Assembly (NCBI GenBank): GCA_012271015.1 | Contig: JAAXHD010000189.1 | Coordinates: forward strand, 45,962 to 95,184 | Source of the DNA: Candidatus Poribacteria bacterium | GTDB lineage: Bacteria > Poribacteria > WGA-4E > WGA-3G | Reading direction: 5' to 3' | Length of the DNA: 49,223 bases | Shown: piece after piece, positions 45,837 to 49,223 of the stretch | How positions within the stretch are numbered: the stretch's first letter is position 1 | How the letters are laid out: every line of letters begins with the position of its first letter | Position numbers and translations under genes: made by a program | Notes under the pieces: model-generated | Database searches by the model: none | The model's input: only the letters and a program-made list of their open reading frames with translations | Told to the model about the DNA's origin: nothing

Positions 45837-46833
45837 AGAACGTTTGAGGTCCGAGGAACCGATTTTATACGACGGCGGATTCGGTTCGCAGTTATTCGCA
45901 CGGGATATAGAGCTCGCCAATAGTGCCCTCGCCAACGCTCTACATCCCACTGCTGTCATTGACATTCATTCGGATTATATCAACGCAGGTGCTGAGGCGA
46001 TCGGGACAAACACGTTTGTGGCATCTCCGCTTCACTTGGAGATGGCAGGTCAAGACCTATCCGATGCCAAACGACTCATACGACTCGCTGTCCAACACGC
46101 AAAAACAGCCGTTGCCCAGAGTGGACAAGATGTCTACATTGCTGGCTCTGTGGGACCCTCTCCCGGCGCGATTGAAGCCGATAGCGGCGATACCACTTTC
46201 GGCATTCCAAATGAAGATGCGAAAGAGGCGCATAAATTGGTTATCCACACCCTCGCAGAAGAAGGCGTGGATTTCCTCTGCCTCGAAACGATGTTCTCTG
46301 CGAAAGAAGCCGCGATGGCTGTAGACGTTGCCCGCGAGACAGGAATCCCTATTGCTGTGAACATGACTTACAAATGGACAAAGGAACGGCGCACCGGCAA
46401 GGTTATCTACCGAACAGACTGGGGAAATTCACCAACGGATCTGCTCGATATTCTCATGAACAACGAACTTTCGGATGGAGATTCGCTGTTGGAATCCGTG
46501 AGTATCCTCGGCGTGAACTGCGGTGCTGAATCCAGACGTGATGAACATACTGGGATGCCTTATGCGATTGCTGGAACCCAGCAGTTGCACACAGCACTCA
46601 CCGAAGTAGGCATTGATGGTAAACAGATGATGGCATATCCCAACGCTGGCATGCCGAAGCTTGATGAAAACCATCAAACTGTCTATACGCAGACCCCAAC
46701 AGAAATGGCAGGCTATGTTCCCACACTCCTTGAGGCGGGGGCTTACTTAATAGGCGGCTGTTGTGGAACAACGCCAGCACATATCAAAGCCTTCCGCGAA
46801 GCAATCGCGTCGTATCGTTCAACAGAAGCGTAA
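45784..46833 (+). CDS. Homocysteine S-methyltransferase family protein (stand-alone MetH Hcy domain-like)
   Basis: YDGGFGSQL, HSDYINAGA...TNTF, AGSVGP, ETM, GVNC, YPNAG, IGGCCGTTP; GTG at 45784 after GGAGAGG (start uncertain). Confidence 0.92.
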   Translation: MKPSVHLTEPQGKIKIFRERLRSEEPILYDGGFGSQLFARDIELANSALANALHPTAVIDIHSDYINAGAEAIGTNTFVASPLHLEMAGQDLSDAKRLIRLAVQHAKTAVAQSGQDVYIAGSVGPSPGAIEADSGDTTFGIPNEDAKEAHKLVIHTLAEEGVDFLCLETMFSAKEAAMAVDVARETGIPIAVNMTYKWTKERRTGKVIYRTDWGNSPTDLLDILMNNELSDGDSLLESVSILGVNCGAESRRDEHTGMPYAIAGTQQLHTALTEVGIDGKQMMAYPNAGMPKLDENHQTVYTQTPTEMAGYVPTLLEAGAYLIGGCCGTTPAHIKAFREAIASYRSTEA

Positions 46834-46878
46834 TTGTTGGAAGAAGTAGAACAATGTCTGGAAAAAAATTAAAGAGCG

Positions 46879-46991
46879 CGTAGCTTGGAATGAAATGGAA
46901 AACGGGTAGATGGAGAGGAACTTTCAGGAGCCCTGGGGAAACACCCAAGCAAAAACACCCACCTGAGCGAACCGCAAGGAAAATTAAAAAA
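46879..46991 (+). repeat. Degenerate element L carrying the GT-rich motif
   Basis: AGCTTGGAATGAAATGGAAAACGGG..ATGGAGAGGAAC...[GGGGAAACACCCAAGCAAAAAC]ACCCACCTGAGCGAACCGCAAGGAAAATTAAAAAA then ATG. Confidence 0.7.
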
Positions 46992-47546
46992 ATGGAAACT
47001 GTAACACTTACCTATAAAAGACTGCCGAATCGAGTCAACCACTTTCAACAAGAACTACTCTACCTCGATGACGAGGTCATTGTTACGTCTCAACGGGTTA
47101 AGCCGTCCTCACCTATAGTTCAGAACGGCGAGACGGTTTTAGCGGACAACTTCGCCGCGGTCTGGTTTGTGTTTACAGGTTTATGGTATGATGTCGGAAA
47201 GGTCTATAATCTGAATAACGAATGGACCGGTTACTACTGCGATGTCCTGAAACCGGTTAGCCGGAGCCTGGATGTAAACGGGAAACTGAATCGTTTTGAA
47301 ATAACGGACTTATTCCTGGATCTTTGGATAAATCCAGATGGCACCTACGAGATTCAGGATGAAGATGAGCTTGAAGATGCGGTTCAGAATGGAGCAATTG
47401 ACGCTGAACTGGAAAGAAAAGCACTGGAGGTCCTAAAGGCATTAATTATTGAAACTGAGTCTGGACACGTGGAACGTCGCTTGCAGACGGTAATCAGTAG
47501 AGCGGGGTTCCCAAATTTGCAGGATTACATAAAAACGTTACCTTAG
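46992..47546 (+). CDS. DUF402 domain protein
   Basis: WYDVGKVY...WTGYYCDV...TDLFLDLWI.PDG...DEDELEDA; start set by alignment with the paralog (METVTL vs METITL). Confidence 0.85.
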   Translation: METVTLTYKRLPNRVNHFQQELLYLDDEVIVTSQRVKPSSPIVQNGETVLADNFAAVWFVFTGLWYDVGKVYNLNNEWTGYYCDVLKPVSRSLDVNGKLNRFEITDLFLDLWINPDGTYEIQDEDELEDAVQNGAIDAELERKALEVLKALIIETESGHVERRLQTVISRAGFPNLQDYIKTLP

Positions 47547-47573
47547 GCAGCAAACGAAGATAAAGAGATTACA

Positions 47574-48134
47574 GTGGAAACGATAACACTCATTTATAAA
47601 TGGCCTCCCGACCGGGTACATCGCTCCCAACAACAATTGCTTTACGTGGATGAGAATGTCATTGTTACATTTCAACGGATTAAACCATCCTCGCCTATAG
47701 TTCAAAAAGGTGCGATAGTTTTAGGGGATAACTTCACTGTCATCTGGTTTGTATTTACAGATCTATGGTATGGTGTCGCTAAAGTGTATAATCTGAATAA
47801 CCAGTGGACCGGTTATTACTGCGACATTATGAAACCGGTCAAGCGCGATGTAGATGTAACAGGAAAGCTTAATTGCTTTGAAATAACGGATCTATTCTTG
47901 GATCTTTGGATAAATCCAGATGGCACCTACGAGATTCAGGATGAAGATGAGCTTGAAGATGCGGTTCAAGAAGGCATAATTAACACTGAATTGGAAACAG
48001 AGACTCGGAGTGTCCTGAAGTCATTAATCGCTGAGGTTGCATCCGGGCATTTGGAGTATCGCTTACAAGAAGTAATGAATAGAGCAAAACTTACAGATTT
48101 TCCGGACTGTGTAGAACACATTAACGGGGGATGA
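47574..48134 (+). CDS. DUF402 domain protein (tandem paralog)
   Basis: Same motifs; collinear with the previous gene. Confidence 0.85.
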   Translation: METITLIYKWPPDRVHRSQQQLLYVDENVIVTFQRIKPSSPIVQKGAIVLGDNFTVIWFVFTDLWYGVAKVYNLNNQWTGYYCDIMKPVKRDVDVTGKLNCFEITDLFLDLWINPDGTYEIQDEDELEDAVQEGIINTELETETRSVLKSLIAEVASGHLEYRLQEVMNRAKLTDFPDCVEHINGG

Positions 48135-48138
48135 AGAG

Positions 48139-49223
48139 ATGGCGACATTGGCAATAAACGGCGGTGAACCTGTTCGCACTAATTCTTATCCGGCATGGCC
48201 CACGCAGGATCCTGCTGATATCGAAGCATTTGAAACTATCTACAAAAGTGGACAATGGGGTGTTGGTGGACCGAAGGTTCCAGAATTCGCACAGCAGTTC
48301 GCTGAATTTCAAGGTGCGAACTATGGCGTTTGCGTCAACAGCGGCACCTCGGCCCTCTATATCGCTCTAAAGGCGGCGGGTGTTTGCCCCGGCGATGAGG
48401 TCATTACCACATCCTATACCTTCCAAGCGACGGTCGTCGCCATTTTGATGACGCACGCTGTGCCGGTTTTCGTGGATACCGCACCGGACAGTTTTCTGTT
48501 GGATGCCTCGAAAGTCGAAGCCGCGATAACGGAAAAAACGAAGGTGATTTTACCGGTTCATATCGCCGGGTATCCAGCGGATATGGACGCGCTTGTTGAC
48601 ATCGCGAATCGACATAACCTGAAGATTGTCGAAGATTGTGCACAGGCACACGGCGCGGAATGGCGGGGACGCGGGGTCGGCAGTTGGGGACATTTCGGAT
48701 GCTTCAGTTTCCAGTCGTCAAAAAATCTTTGTGCAGGTGAAGGTGGCATTGTCCTCATGAATGACCGAGAACTCTACGAACGTGCTTACGCACTTCATAA
48801 CTGTGGTCGCACGCTACCAGATGCTGAGTTTGGAGAGGCAGAGCCCTTTGGAGGAAACTTCCGAATGACGGAATGGCAAGCTGGATTACTCCTGTCCCGC
48901 TTGACCCGACTTGAAGCCGAAACCAACTACCGACATAAGAACATGCGATGGTTAGATGGTTGGCTTGGCGAGATTCCGGGTATTATCGTCACACCACTCG
49001 ACCCGCGCGCCACGCGTGGTGGATGCCACGGCTATAAGGCGATCTTTGACTCCGAGGAGTTTGAAGGCATATCACGTGAGACGTTTCTCCGTGCAATGCG
49101 CGCCGAAGGGATACCGATGGGATATTGGTATACCACCCCTATGTATCGGGCATCCTTTCTCGCCTCTAATCTTTTCGGTCAGGATCTCAATTACGATGAT
49201 ACACACTGCCCTGAAACTGAAAA
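48139..49223 (+). CDS. DegT/DnrJ/EryC1/StrS family PLP aminotransferase; 3' end runs off the window
   Basis: Not in the ORF track. Manual translation MATLAINGG...VNSGTSAL...GDEVI...PVHIAG...EDCAQAHGA...FSFQSSKNL.AGEGG. Confidence 0.93.
   Translation, partial: MATLAINGGEPVRTNSYPAWPTQDPADIEAFETIYKSGQWGVGGPKVPEFAQQFAEFQGANYGVCVNSGTSALYIALKAAGVCPGDEVITTSYTFQATVVAILMTHAVPVFVDTAPDSFLLDASKVEAAITEKTKVILPVHIAGYPADMDALVDIANRHNLKIVEDCAQAHGAEWRGRGVGSWGHFGCFSFQSSKNLCAGEGGIVLMNDRELYERAYALHNCGRTLPDAEFGEAEPFGGNFRMTEWQAGLLLSRLTRLEAETNYRHKNMRWLDGWLGEIPGIIVTPLDPRATRGGCHGYKAIFDSEEFEGISRETFLRAMRAEGIPMGYWYTTPMYRASFLASNLFGQDLNYDDTHCPETE

Noticed and set aside
46890-46991. N-terminal extension of the first DUF402 ORF
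   Set aside because: It is repeat DNA; the paralog alignment places the start at 46992.
46992-48134. DGR template/variable repeat pair in the DUF402 duplicates
   Set aside because: Both copies are coding, differences are not confined to adenines, and no RT is nearby.
1-49223. tRNA, rRNA, transposase, integrase or RT genes
   Set aside because: None recognised by eye; Infernal and HMM scans would be needed to exclude them formally.

Overview
A 49.2 kb bacterial window of about 48% GC (estimated by eye). The gene mix (sulfatases, PhyH-like dioxygenases, a DUF6785-type membrane protein, a Uma2 nuclease, sugar isomerases) and the dense short intergenic repeats suggest Candidatus Poribacteria; this is an inference. 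About 40 CDS are present. They include carbohydrate/sulfate catabolism genes, aroKB, a four-gene membrane operon of unknown function, a 1256-aa Omp85 protein with an adhesin/CBM9-like N-terminus, a TatT-DctP pair, a corrinoid protein-RACo-homocysteine methyltransferase cluster, and two defence islets (Type III Mod with hicBA; a Type ISP-like R-M gene with a brnT-type TA pair) carrying three 1-nt frameshifts. No rRNA, tRNA, CRISPR array, transposase or reverse transcriptase gene was recognised. The most striking signal is non-coding. A GT-rich motif (GTTTTTGCTKGGGT plus a variable tail toward GTTTCCTCAATTTCC) sits at 8 loci (11 copies). It has a fixed start after a GRGT-like junction and a variable end, is sometimes tandem, and lies mostly inside other repeat elements, three times in frame within genes. 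This pattern resembles template-directed, telomerase-like addition at nicks. A second ~90-110 nt repeat repeatedly abuts start codons.
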